A stretch of 63,266 nucleotides of DNA, the filler included. It is 11 parts of 11 records of this genome, joined end to end, with 100 filler letters (N's around TTAATTAATTAA, not from the genome) between each part and the next. Parts side by side here need not be neighbours in the genome. Positions count along the whole stretch, not along the records: positions 18,671 to 24,740 come from SRR15195285_246; positions 24,841 to 33,764 come from SRR15195285_247; positions 33,865 to 37,484 come from SRR15195285_253; 8 more parts are not named here. The stretch is one strand, 5' to 3'. Positions 22,228-34,511 of this stretch are shown one piece after another. The notes beneath the pieces are model-generated. The model did not search any database. It saw nothing but the letters and a program-made list of their open reading frames with translations, and had not been told where the DNA came from. Numbering within the stretch: the first letter of the stretch is position 1; the number at the start of each line of letters is the position of its first letter. A program made the translations under genes and the position numbers.

Positions 22228-24684
22228 TCATGCAGCAAACGCGCAGTCTTCTTCACAACAGAGCACGGCATGCGCTCGAGACCGTGTCTCTGGACGCAGC
22301 TGAGATCCATGTGGAACGATCACAATGAAAGCTGTCCGATTCTTGCGCGCAACATGACGGTGCGTGCGAGAGGTGTTGCCCTCCAGCATTTCACGAAGGA
22401 TGTACTGACCCTCCTCGTTCGCGGTAGCTGTGATGAGTGCAAATCGACGACGGCCATCGCTCTGTGCTGCTACCTCGGCCGGGTTGGTCACGTCATCTAT
22501 GAACTTGCAAAGACCGCCCCGTACATCGCCCGGATTGCCGAAGATCACAGACTTGTCCTCCATGCAAGTGATGCTGACTTCTTGTTCTGCGAGATCTGGA
22601 TCACACGCAAGGCGGACGTACTTTGCGATCGCATTCGCTGTTCGACGTTGTGCAGCCGCAGAACCAGTGAGAATGACGACCGCAGGGGCAACATGCTCTG
22701 CTGCTAGCATCCCAACAACTGTCGTGATGTCAGCCCGATGCATGGGCTGAACACCAAGTCGAGCCAGTAGCGAAGCCTCATCCCCACGGGGAGCTATTGC
22801 GTGTTCGTTGTGGTAAAAAAAGCCATCTTGTGTGGTGAGGTTGAAATACTCTTTGATCGCCGGGCTGATCTCCACGTTTCGATGAAGTGAACGGAGCCCA
22901 AGGGCCACCGACACCCGCAGATTTCTCTCAGACGCGTCATGGTGAGGTGCGAAAGTGATACGCACTGCTGCAGTTGTGCGGTGGCGATCTGATGGCGATA
23001 CCCGCTGCTTGATATGCTCTGACAGATGAAAGGCCAGGCACCGTCGCCAGACTTCGAGGGGCCGCATGTCGGCCGAGTATACAGGCGGAGCATCAAGCAT
23101 GATTGCAACGCTGGCGGCAGGGATTTCGGCAGTTGCTTCCAAAGATCGGCAGAGCATGTCCTTACACCACGCAAGCTGCCAAGACTTATCTGGCGGGGCC
23201 ATCTTGAGTGCAGTGTACTCTGCAGCGACTTGAGCTGCGGGCGAGTAGTTGGAAACTGCGACGAAGATCAGATTGCCTCGGCAATCTGGATACTTCTTCA
23301 GCAGCGAAACAGCCATGCCTTCGATGAGCGTAAATAGCTTTGTCTGAAGTTCTGAATCCTCTGGAGCTTCTTCCAGATGAAAAATAGCCACGTCGCCACG
23401 GCGAAGTGTCTGCTCAAGGACCCGCTCAATCGACCAGTCACTGATGCCTTGCACATGCAACATTGCCTGAAGGTTTTCTGGCGTGACAGCGTTGAGTGGA
23501 CATTTTATGAGATCGACCCGGCGTGTCGTTGCGATGAACCTTTGGAGAGTAGCTTGGAGGGCAGCTGCAATGGTTGACGTGAACGATGATTTCCCCACTC
23601 CTGCTGTTCCATGAAGGTAAAGACGGAGTGGCTTGCTCGGGGTGAACGCGGCCGAGAGTCTTCGAGCATCTACAGCTGAATGTAGGTATGCGCCAAGCTT
23701 CTCATTGGTGAGCGCCTGGAGCTCTTGCGTTGGAAAGTAGTTTCGGGCATTTACTTCTTCCCATATTTTGTCAAGCAACATGGACGTGAAAGCTTGGTGC
23801 TGAGTATGCCGCATCATCTCGCTGTAGCGGCGGTACTGGTCCCCATCGACCTCGCATCCTGTGAGCATGAAGTACGAGTTGTTGTACTGGAACAGCTCGC
23901 GATGGTCATCAGCGTAGCGAACGTGGTCAACGCGACCTTCGATACCGTTGGCAGCTGACGCTATGGTAAATCGCAATGTCTGGTTGACCAGATTCATCCG
24001 GCGGTCGATGATACCCACGCCAGTCTGCTCCGCAAACCAAAGCAAGCACTGGTTCGCAAGCAACGGCTCGCACTTGTCCAGGCCGTCCGTATCACCCTGG
24101 ATGCGCTGCGTCCACAGCGCCTCGAGTTCCGTCTGTTCTGCACACAAGCCGAGCATGGTCTGCACGATCATCGCGCGCGCCTCTTCAACGTCCGGATCGC
24201 AGTCCTGATATTTCTCGACGGTGTCAAGCTTGTGTTCGTCCTCCTCGAGCATCACGGTGATGGAGATCTCACCTGTCCCGGAGTTGTATCCAACGCGAGG
24301 CCTTTGGTCGAGCGCATTCAGCAAAATATTTTCCAAGCTACAGATCGCGCACGATTCCTTGAGCTTGGCTAGAGACGCGACGCCGTCGACCGAGGACTGC
24401 GCGCCGGGCAGGTGGTTAATTGCTGGCGCCATGAAAGGTGGGTCAGAGGAGTAGACTCCAGGACGCACCGCGAACTGCATGTCAGGAAAGAGTTGGGTGC
24501 CCATCTCGTCGATGATGCCCAGCAGGTGATCAAGCGCTTGGGTGGCAGACCATCCATGTTCTTCCTCGACACCGGTGCTGCCGTCGATGGTGCACTTCGT
24601 CGGCGGTCCTGCTGCGTCGTGCACCACGTCGCCGCACTTCACAGCAGGTGGAGGTTGGAGCTGGCAGTCGAAGGCGGCGGACAT
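22228..24684 (-). CDS. AAA+ ATPase with one intact and one degenerate AAA module and an unknown N-terminal domain
   Basis: 818-aa ORF with Walker A 'LYLHGTAGVGKSS', Walker B-like 'AIFHLEE' and sensor-1-like 'IFVAVSN'. The second module reads 'VVILTGS...GQYILREMLEG' and lacks GKS. Confidence 0.7.
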   Translation of the reverse strand: MSAAFDCQLQPPPAVKCGDVVHDAAGPPTKCTIDGSTGVEEEHGWSATQALDHLLGIIDEMGTQLFPDMQFAVRPGVYSSDPPFMAPAINHLPGAQSSVDGVASLAKLKESCAICSLENILLNALDQRPRVGYNSGTGEISITVMLEEDEHKLDTVEKYQDCDPDVEEARAMIVQTMLGLCAEQTELEALWTQRIQGDTDGLDKCEPLLANQCLLWFAEQTGVGIIDRRMNLVNQTLRFTIASAANGIEGRVDHVRYADDHRELFQYNNSYFMLTGCEVDGDQYRRYSEMMRHTQHQAFTSMLLDKIWEEVNARNYFPTQELQALTNEKLGAYLHSAVDARRLSAAFTPSKPLRLYLHGTAGVGKSSFTSTIAAALQATLQRFIATTRRVDLIKCPLNAVTPENLQAMLHVQGISDWSIERVLEQTLRRGDVAIFHLEEAPEDSELQTKLFTLIEGMAVSLLKKYPDCRGNLIFVAVSNYSPAAQVAAEYTALKMAPPDKSWQLAWCKDMLCRSLEATAEIPAASVAIMLDAPPVYSADMRPLEVWRRCLAFHLSEHIKQRVSPSDRHRTTAAVRITFAPHHDASERNLRVSVALGLRSLHRNVEISPAIKEYFNLTTQDGFFYHNEHAIAPRGDEASLLARLGVQPMHRADITTVVGMLAAEHVAPAVVILTGSAAAQRRTANAIAKYVRLACDPDLAEQEVSITCMEDKSVIFGNPGDVRGGLCKFIDDVTNPAEVAAQSDGRRRFALITATANEEGQYILREMLEGNTSRTHRHVARKNRTAFIVIVPHGSQLRPETRSRAHAVLCCEEDCAFAA

Positions 24685-24840
24685 GTCGCTGCGGTGGTTG
24701 CTTGCTCGACGGTTGCTGCTGCTGCTGCTGCTGCTGCTGCNNNNNNNNNNNNNNNNNNNNNNNNNNNNNNNNNNNNNNNNNNNNTTAATTAATTAANNNN
24801 NNNNNNNNNNNNNNNNNNNNNNNNNNNNNNNNNNNNNNNN

Positions 24841-27800
24841 TTCGACTCGCAAATCTTCCAGTTTCCACTCCATAGCCTCGCAGCGGAGCGGGGTAGTAGC
24901 GAGGCGCTGCGCGTGGAGCTATACCAGAAAAAGAAGATCGGATTCGAGCTGGTTGGGACAGTGGCGCTCGACTTCGGCAGACTGTGCGGATCAGAGTTAG
25001 AGCCGCATGAGCCGCCTTTCCAACCCTTGCTAGGGTGTGCAGAGATGCTACCAGGTCGGTGGAGCGCTGATGCCGACCAGCTGCCAGGACAGCTGAGCTG
25101 CGTAGGAGCAGTGGAAGTGCCGGTGGCTGAGTTCACTGAGAGCTGCCGTGACTTTACGCGTGCTTTCGCTGCAACCGCCAGCGGGTCTGGTGACATGCTG
25201 CTGCTGGGACCGCGTGAGGTCCAAGACCACAACACGATGAAACCGATCAAGTCGGAAATGCGAAGCAGTGGCGACGTGAATCAGGAGGTAAACACAGCGG
25301 CGGTCAGCGAGTTTGAGAGTATCATTGATGCCTCCTTAAGTGCCGCCGGGATCGCTCTGAGCGGAGATCGACTTGCTACGCTCTGCCGGCAGCTAATCGG
25401 CCACCTGACGGTGACTCCGGCGATGCAACTGCTGCTCGATTTTGGTGTCTCGCCAGCGGTGTATCAGCAAAAATTCCTGGTGCTAACAGGCAAGGGCGGA
25501 GTCCGTGTGGCTACGTATGGTTATATTGGCGACAGTCCTGTCGGCGATCGCCCAGACCGGAAGCACACGGGTGTAGTGCTAAGAATGCTTACTGGTGATT
25601 TAGTCAGCTCCAGCACGGCTGGTGGTGGCGATAGTGATAGGGCTGAGAGTGTGTCGTTCTCCTGTAAGCGGACTGCCTCAGAGCTCATGGACGACATCAT
25701 CGCTGAGGACCTGCCGTTGATGATCGAGGCGGTCACCAGCGGTTGCTTCGATGCGTTCGCTGCACCAGAACCACTTCCACAGCAGTGGTTCCAGGACACC
25801 TATTATCGACTGGAGCATGAAACTAGCGACGGCACGCGCTCAACTGGTGCGCTACGTCTAACCTTAGCCATCACGGCTGACGACAGCATCCCTGCTGCTC
25901 CATTGGAGCTGACTGATGAGGACGAACGTGAGGCTGCGGAAGCAATGTATGCATCGCTGGCTGCAGCGGAAGAAGCTACTGGCCAGACAGACTTAGGCCA
26001 GCGTCGCGATCACAATGGCTACGCCGTTCCTGCTGCGATCGGTTTGCGTGAGTGGAGACTCATCCGTGCTCGTGCGCTCCGGGCAGAGGAGATCACGATA
26101 GGCTATTGGTATGAGTACTTGCGGCTCACCCCGCGCGTGTGTCCCCTTGAAATTCGCACGGAGTGGGACGCGAGCACGGGGAAGGAAGTGTCCAAGCCAG
26201 TTGTCTCGCCAGCACTGCATAAACTTATTGCCTCCGGCATGCCGTCTGAATGGGCATGCGGGGAGCATGAATCGATGACGATGAGTTGTATGGAGATGGG
26301 GGCAGAGCTTCTAGCTATGATCAGGCCGAAGCTCTGGCTGGAGCTCACTGGTGCAAAGGATCTCAAGCTCAGTTCGAAGATTGACTATCACAAGATGTCG
26401 GGCTGTACCAGTGGCTCTGCTGTCGTCGAAGACTGGCTTGAGCTTACAGGAGCAGCCGATGCTTATGAAGCGATGGATAAGAGCAGAAAGCAGATAGAAA
26501 AAGACCTCCCGCGCACGAGTTCAGATTTGACGCAGGATGAGGAGGAGCAACTCCGGAGGCTTCTGCTAACCTTTGTGTTGAAGTGGCCTGCAGTTGGGTA
26601 TTGCCAAAGTAAGTACTAGCAACACCTTGACGCATCTTGCGTGCGCCGTCATTGAGTTTTAGAGTCGCCATACCCCAACGTGTTAGTAAGTACTTACTAC
26701 GACGTTGCAGGCATGAATTTCATTGCGTTAGGATGCCTTCGAGTAACCAAGTCTGAGGAGAACGCGTTTTGGCAGCTCTCAGCTATTGCAATGATCGTCC
26801 TGCCCAACTACTATACAAGCAGCATGACTGGCACACAGATTGACATGTCTGTATTGGCGCAGCTTGTAGAGACAAAGCTTCCCCTAATTCATGGGCATTT
26901 AAAATCGCTGGAAGTTCCACTGGAGATTTTGGTATCACAGTGGCTGCTCCCAATTTTTATAACCACTTTCCCAGCTAGCGTAGCCATCGCTATTTGGGAC
27001 TGGCTTTTCATCGATGGACCCGATGTTCTACTTCTGGTTGCGGTTGCATTTATGAGTCTACACGAGACTGACATTCTCAGCGCCGACGACTTCGGTGGCG
27101 TGGTCGCTTTATTTTCGGAGCTCCCGCAGCGAACGTTTCATCCAGGTCCTCTGCTGCGACGTGCACGCAGCATGCAGGGCGATATCGGTGGCAAGCTGAT
27201 TCACCGTCTTCGTGGCGAGACCACTTTTTCTGTCACTTCCTCGGGAGAGGAGCAGAACAAGGAAAGACTCGTGCGTCAGATGGTGAAAGAGACTCACTTG
27301 ACGGAAGAAGACATCAACCAACTCCATCAGCGCTTCATGGACCTCGAGGCCAAGACAAGGAAGCAACGCCAGACAGGGAAGTCCGAGGCGGTGACTTCTG
27401 GCACCAACACCCAGGGTAGTGACAAAAAGGCCAAGCGCCAAAGAAGAGGGAGCGTCGCTGGCAGGCGCAGGCGTGGATCTGTCTTACAGAGTTTCAAAAA
27501 GACTGATCTTGCAGAGCAATCGGACACAGTCTATGAGGACCGAGGTATAGGGTTTGAAGGTTTCGCAGAACTGTTAAGTAAGGAGCTACCTCAATGGGCT
27601 GGGACAGGCGACGAAGAAAAGCTACGCGGGCTTTTTCACGCATTTGACACTGACTCGTCAGGAAAGATTTCAGTCGCACAATTTATCCAAGGCGTGGCAA
27701 CATTTACTGGTGGGGACGTCGACAAGCGACTGCAAATGATCTTTCGAACAGTAGACACTGACCAAACAGGATTGATCTCACACGACGAAATGCTCAAGCT

Positions 27801-29850
27801 ATTCATTGATAGCTATGCCATGTTCTTCCCGGGTATGAGCACAGCAGGCATTCCCGAGCTGGTTACGTCGATATTTCAGCGACTGGAGGTGGAGCCTTCA
27901 CACGGCCTGAATTTTGATGAGTTCTGCGTGACTGTGAAGTCCCAGCCCCTGCTTCTTGAATGCTTCTCACAGCAGGCGCTTGACGCACGAGCTCGAGAGG
28001 ACGAGGCTTCCGCAGAGCGTGCCATTGCGCTTCACGGTTTGGAGAACTTCGAAAGCAAAATGATGGCTGCAGTCATCTCGGATGGCAAGAAGGCCAAATG
28101 GAAGGAGCATTATTTCGTTCTGCAGGAGGGGGTACTGTCTGTCTTTGCCGATAAGAAATCGCATGACAAAGGCAAGCGACTGCAGCGGATTGACCTCAAA
28201 AGCGGAGATGTGCGGGTGGAGCTTCAGCGTGACGGTGGAGGCAAAACTGGCCTCGAAGAATCCTTACTGCTTCAGTGGCCAGAGGGACAGCAGCGTGAGC
28301 TGCGTGAACTGAAAATGAGTGAGCCTCAGTCCTACACATACGACTGGAGTAAGGGGTTGAAAGACGCAGCGACCCTTTACAGATGGTCTCAACTTCTTTC
28401 CCTGTTCACTGCGAGCCATGACCGGTCGACAACGTCGGCAATGGCCGAGATCCAAACACTGTGTGCAATGCCACCGGCAGTGCTAGAGCAACTGATCAGA
28501 GCGTTAGTCTTGGATATGAGAATGACCGACCCAAGAAACGTGGAGACGCCCACAACTCGAAATGTTGCGGGAGAGGCAGCGAGGCTTGCATTGAAGGAAG
28601 GGCTCCCCACAGTAAGTGCGGAACGCCATGACGCCATTCAGGCCTGTTGCAAGCAGGTTCTCTCGACAGGAGGAGAGGAGCAGAACATTTTAGCCATGGT
28701 CCGACGTGGGGTTGCTATCGACCAGGTACGAGCACTTACTCTACTCACCACAGCATTCGTGTCTGGCCCTATGTAATTCAGTTTCGATGGGCAATTGCCA
28801 ACCTCGAACATGTTTTGTCTCGGCAGCTGGAGGAACAACTCAAACCATACGGCCTAGAACCAACGCAAGCGCGCATTTTTTATGACGTGTTAAGCGATAC
28901 GGCACGGAGGTGAGTCGCGCTGGCGAATATTTTTTGTGTGCGTGCGATGGCTGACTTGTGCACGTACACTCACGCGCAGGGAGCGGGCAGCCGCCTTTCA
29001 AGAGCACGAGGATGGCTCTGTTTATGCTAACGGCGAAGGACTTGCCGCGGTGCCGATATTTTCGGCGTGTGCAGCACACGTACGGCACGATGTTGCGTCA
29101 TCATTTGCGAGCTGTCATCACGACGGCGGAACCTATATATTTCGACAAGGTGACCGTGGAGACTCCATGTACTGCATCGGTGAGGGTCGACAAATTCTCT
29201 CGCCGCATTACGAGCTGTTTCCGTCGCATTGTCGCACGTATGACAATACTTGGTTGTTTGCAGTCCGTGGAGACGTTCAGGTTGTCAAAGAGCCAGAGGC
29301 TGAGGGTGACGAACAGAAAGTCTTAGCGGTGCTTTCAGCCGGCCACTGCTTTGGTGAGATGAGTTTGTTGAGCTCTGAAACCCGTTCAGCATCAATGCGA
29401 TGCCTTGGCAACGCTCTTGTGATGCGGCTAGACCTGGACGCCTTCACCAGGCTAACAACGATGTATCCCGAACTGAGAGTTGAGATGACAAAGGTTGCGG
29501 CAGAAAGAGCTGCTTTCGGTGCCTCAAAAGAGACGAGAAAAAAGCTATCGACTCGTGGCGTGACACCTAGCAGTGCCGGTGCAAGCACTCCAGACGCGAC
29601 AACAGCTCGGCGCGTTGGTGTTGCTGCTGATCAGAGCTCGATAAGCGTCAAGTCCGAGGAAGCAATGTCACAAGAAGAAGCGACATTACTGGTGGAGCAC
29701 GCGAGTGGACTTGACAAACAACTGGAGCAAGCGGTAGATGCTGAGGACTTCGATGCTACTCGCCGACTAACGGAAGAACTAGAAGCCCTCTCGCCGACAC
29801 GGAAAATTGCAGCAGCAGTAGTCGAAAAGGCTGCTGGGAATGGGTATTAA
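24841..29850 (+). CDS. TBC Rab-GAP with C2-like, EF-hand, PH, cNMP-binding and UVR domains; 5'-truncated; 5 exons visible
   Basis: Introns 26609-26710, 28726-28781, 28910-28979 and 29180-29263 all keep frame. TBC fingers 'IEKDLPRT' and 'GYCQ|SMNF'; EF loops 'DTDSSGKIS' and 'DTDQTGLISHDE'; PH 'WKEHYFVL'; cNMP 'IFRQGDRGDSMYCIVRG...FGEMSLL...RSAS'; UVR 'LEQAVDAEDFDA'. Confidence 0.85.
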
Positions 29851-30449
29851 ACTCGATTTTCAAAATGATTTTGCAAGCGACTCCCCGGCCGTTGCCCAAA
29901 TGCGCAGACGGGCGCTTGCGCGCCTAGTGAGGGCTCTAGCGGAGGCACCGCGCCTTAGGCGCTACAGTGCTGCGGGTCTAACAAGAATGAATCATGAAGG
30001 TGGGGTGGTCGACCTATTGGCCTTTCTAAATAAAAAAAACGGCTCACAAAACGGATCATATGTAACCTCTCAACCCGCCCGATTTACAAAAACTGGCGCA
30101 AAAAAAATTTCCAATATTCTTCTCATCCTGGCACTGGATCCGGGGTACACTCTGGTTGAATCCCGAGCCCGCACGCTGGCACCTCAACGACATCACCCGC
30201 GTGCGCGGCACATTTGACGTTTTGAACCCGTTTGGGGGCATCGTCACCGTGGAAATCGGTATGGCGTCGCGATAGACGCACGAGGTTGTCACGATGTTCC
30301 GCAAACAACATGAAGACTTTGACTGTCGTATGTACCACTACTAAGAGTCGATTCAACCCAACCACTCAGCATGCTGCACACTACCTCATCCTCGTATTGC
30401 ATGGCCTCGCCCGAGGGTCTACCTCTCTGCCTAAACTTGTTTCATGCGC

Positions 30450-33400
30450 TCACCAAATGCTAGCACCTCTCTCGATCTTCTGTGCGTTTTCTCCAATGCT
30501 TTCCGGGCCATTCTGTTGCTGCTGGCGCCCAAGCTGCTGCTCGAGCTGCTGCAACTGCCGCTGCATTTCGTGAACTCCGTGTGCCTAAACAGAGCGGTGA
30601 ACCAAGGATTTAAACACAGAATTTGTAGAATTGCACCAAGCTGTCAGCGCTATGTGCGCATGTCCCTTTGGTACAGTCAAATCGAATCGTCAGCCTCGAA
30701 CGAAGGATGGTAGGTATATACACACCTCGACGGCAACTAGCAGCTGCTGCACCTGCCCAAGCACCATTGCCGGGCCTTCCACCACTCCTGCTTCTGTCCA
30801 GTTCTCAACCATCTCGCGGAGCGACAGCACTTGTTGGTCTGTGCCACTAGAATTCCCGGAGACAGCTGTATTGGCAACAGCTCCTGATCCTGTGCTTATA
30901 CGAACGCGTTTGGGTGACCGTTGCCAGCAGTCATCTCCAGCTGCATCTACTTCTAAGGCGAGCTCACAGGCGCCATCCTCCTGCTGGTGCATCCCAAAGC
31001 CCGAGGCCCGGGACAAGATAGTTCGCGGCAGTGTGATCGCAGCAGTTTACAACCAGATCAATTGGCATCTACGCGAAGTGCACTGAGTGCAGGAGGTACA
31101 CATACGCAAAAGACACCCAAAAGAGGCCATTGAAGAAAAGATAGTTCTGAAGGCACGCACCGTCACAATGCCTTGGAGATTTCGCGTGTTCTCAACCCCG
31201 CCCAACATACTGCGTTCCACAAATGTGCAAACGCCATTGTTTGCATGCTCTGGTTCATTGTGCAGTGCAAGTGTCCAGCACTCAAAGTGTGCGCACCTTG
31301 CTTTCGTTGAGTATTCGAAAGCATAAACTGCAACTGTTTCTGGAAGTATCTTCTCCACCTAGAACCGAGCATGTCTGTTCAGATTCTCAAAGCTACAGCA
31401 GCGCAGAGAGCTGGGACTCACCTGCTGCAGTTGGCATTTCTGCAACATTCTCTGCGAAGCTTCGTTCAAAATGCTGCACTCTCTACAGGAACACGGCAAG
31501 GGTTTGCCGTGCCGGATTCCCAACAAAACGACAGCGAAAGTCAGATCCACGCAAGACAATCTCCAAATCGAAGCAACAAATGCATTCTAAAATGTGTTGG
31601 ATACGTTGGAGAGACTTCGTACCGCCAACCGCGTGCAGTAGCGACATGCAGCGGGACTGCCTTAACCGCAGTCTGGACTGACGCCAAGCACTGTCTGAAC
31701 AATGACAGGATAGGAGAGCTCTTGGCAGCCGCCGCTGAGTCAAGTGCCGTGACGCCATCCGCTAGTGCTTCCAACGCAAGCAATTTGGTCAATAGCGGTA
31801 TTGACGAAGCAGCTGCGGGCGGACCCATCGCAGCCCGTAATACATCACAGCATGCGTTCCGTAGCCGCCGCGCTGCCGCCACCTGCTCCACAGGACGTTG
31901 GCTGCTTTGCATATGTCGCCCTTCTGGCGGTCTAGACGCGAATTCCAGGCGGGTAGCGACACGCAGCAGCACTGCAGCCCCGCCCAAAGCGTTAGGGGTC
32001 ATCCCGGTGGTTTGGGTGCTTTGCACGAGAACTTTGAGTGCGTTCAGCAGCACCTTCAAGTCAGCCTCTCCCTGTGCTCCGGAGAACGGAGCTGCATCAG
32101 CCGAGACAGAAATCGCAGCAGCAGAGAGAGCCTTCCCGAGATGAACGAGCTGTTTCACTTGCTGTCCATGTTGGGTCTGTGAAGAGGTCTGCGAAGTTGC
32201 ATCCTGCAACAGGCGGAGCGCTCGTGTCGATGGCGGTTGCAGCAGTGCTGGAAGCACCAGCTCCACGCCAGCCCCGGGCCCAGCACTGCGCACTGTTTCA
32301 GCCAGTGATCCAAGAAGAATTTGAAACGTATCGACGCTGTCATCCACAAGAGCCGCTGCCGCCTGGTCATCCGCAGCCCGCCCAGCCTCTGCAGAGAGAC
32401 GGCCGCAAATGGTACCAAGCAATCCGCGAGTGACAGCTCGCAGTGAAGGCAGCAGTACACCGGTGCCAGCTGTGAGGTTGATCAGCGTCTGCGCGTGCGC
32501 ATGCAGTATTCTGGCGTCCTCCATATTGCGCAGGGCGGTCTCCCAGACTGTGACTGCAACAACGGCCATCTCCGGGCAGGCGCCACCGTTTCCAGGCGCG
32601 AGGACCATCTCGAGTAGGAAGAGCTGCAGCTGCGATTGAATCGAGAGCGGAACGCTCGCAACCCACTGCGCCAGGCTTTGGCACGCGTCCTCAAGCACCG
32701 CGCCAAAGGCGTCTGTGTGCTTCACTTGAGCCAGTTTGCACAATTGGTGCATTGCAGTGCGCGCCAGCTGCATGAGCGGTTGCGCTGCGGCGACCTGCTG
32801 GACGGATGCCCAGTTTGACATCAGCGGCAGCAGGCGCACCAGGCACAGCAAGACGCCCAGGGTTTGCACTCGTTCGCTGAATGCGGCAGTAAACCATGAT
32901 GCCAAGGCCGACAACACCTGCACGCCGTGGGTATCGGTCGGAAGCTCTGCTCCAAGGCTAACCAACATCTCCAGCAGCGCGGTCACCGCCATTGAAAGGT
33001 CGCTTGGTCCTTCATCCGCTTTCGGCTGATGCCAGGCTACGAACAGCATCTCCGCCACTATGCCGCACAGAGTCTCAACGAATTCAATGGGATCTGAAGG
33101 CACCAATCCTGCTCCTTTGGTAGCGAAGAAGCGAAGCACCTTCGCTTGTCGCTCGATCCCGTCCGCACTTGCGTTAATCTGTCCTCCAGCGGTTGCGGCC
33201 AGCTCGCTGATGCTGCGCTGACGGTCACCAATCCGCTTGATGAGCTCTGCGCCAATTATCTGCCGCAACTCCTTCCCGTGCGGGTTGCCGAGGCCCAAGG
33301 CACCGGCCTCGCGCAGTGCGTTGAGCTTCGCCCAGGCCGTGTTCTGCAGTGGTGCCCAGAGCGACGGCTCGCACCCAATGGCCACGAGCCGGACGAGCGT

Positions 33401-33763
33401 GTGTACCAGCCGCCCGATTGCGTGGCCGCTCTCACCAGCCATTTGTACTGAAGTACCCTCTGCCCATGTTGCTGCGACAAGCCCTTTGAGGATCCGATCG
33501 CTGCACGCCGTGACCTGGAGCGAGCACTGCTTGAGCTCCTCGCTCGCAACCTTGGACAGCCGCCCGTGGTGCTGCTGCCGCTGCGTCATCGCCAGGATGA
33601 CGGCACGGAGCGCAGTCTCGAGCACCGGGTGCAGGTGACTGGGGACACCGTCGCTCAGCTGCTCTGCGGCCAGCTGTTCGATCGCCTGCATAGAGCGCAG
33701 TTGCTCCGCAAGCTCTGGCGGCGCCTCTCCGGCTGGGTCTGCAAGCCAGCTGCCGAGCCGCAC
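30450..33763 (-). CDS. Large alpha-helical (ARM/HEAT-like) protein of unknown function; 5'-truncated, multi-exon 3' end
   Basis: Leu/Ala-rich 740-aa ORF open to the contig edge, followed by several small exons flanked by GT(A/G)CG/GTGAGT donors and YAG acceptors. The 3' exon structure and stop are approximate. Confidence 0.55.
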
Positions 33764-33864
33764 CNNNNNNNNNNNNNNNNNNNNNNNNNNNNNNNNNNNN
33801 NNNNNNNNTTAATTAATTAANNNNNNNNNNNNNNNNNNNNNNNNNNNNNNNNNNNNNNNNNNNN

Positions 33865-34127
33865 GGCTCCGGCTCTGGCTCAGGCTCAGGCTCTGGGCTT
33901 TGGATCATTGACCAGCAGTTGACGAGTGTACGTCCTCGCCACGTCGCGGTGCGTACCCGGTAGATCTACTCAGAGAGAGTACCCAGCTACCCACCACGCG
34001 TACTTGAGTCCGCAGTCGAATCACATGCCACGCGCTCGCGCTGACGAAGGCTGAACGTTAGAGCGGTCCCATCGTCGCAGTTTCCAAGCAACAAGGAAGC
34101 CCACATGCGCACTGCATCGGCGTCCAT
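33865..34127 (-). CDS. 5' fragment of an unknown gene, divergent from the aldo-keto reductase
   Basis: ATG at 34127 ('MDADAVRMWASLLLGNC...'), a likely GTGGGT donor near 33990, and (PE)n-coding sequence at the contig edge similar to PE repeats in other genes here. Confidence 0.4.
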
Positions 34128-34159
34128 CGCGGTGCCATAGTACCAGTACCGCCGCCGGC

Positions 34160-34230
34160 GTGTAGCGTGTGAACCCCGCCGCGCCGTGTACAGCGAGTAG
34201 TACGCGCCGGTGTAGCGTGTGAACCCCGCC
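34160..34230 (+). repeat. 21-bp perfect direct repeat with 50-bp period
   Basis: GTGTAGCGTGTGAACCCCGCC at 34160-34180 and 34210-34230, in a divergent intergenic region. Confidence 0.85.
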
Positions 34231-34511
34231 AGCCACCGCGGGTGGCCGCGGCGCATTCAATCGATTGAGGAATTACGGGATTCATACAATTCAAATATAG
34301 GAATCCTACTACTAGTAGTACTACTAGTAGTACTCTGAATACTAGCTAGTATCCAAGATGGATCATGAAATTTTGTATCAATAGTATTCGAACCATGCAC
34401 CCGCGCGCGCCGAAGGCGCGCATCGCGATCCCTCCACTCGGTCCCTCGTCGCTGAGGCGTCAAGCGTGAGGGCTAGCCGGCACCGCAGAGGCGGAGTAAC
34501 AGAGAGACGCG

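Noticed and set aside
23590-23630. Viral SF3/2C helicase, suggested by 'LYLHGTAGVGKS'
   Set aside because: Downstream motifs and the lid fit classical AAA+ better, and there are no neighbouring viral genes.
30450-33763. Assignment as FIRRM/C1orf112
   Set aside because: Only a vague 'NTAW' and helical-repeat resemblance; not supportable without a profile search.
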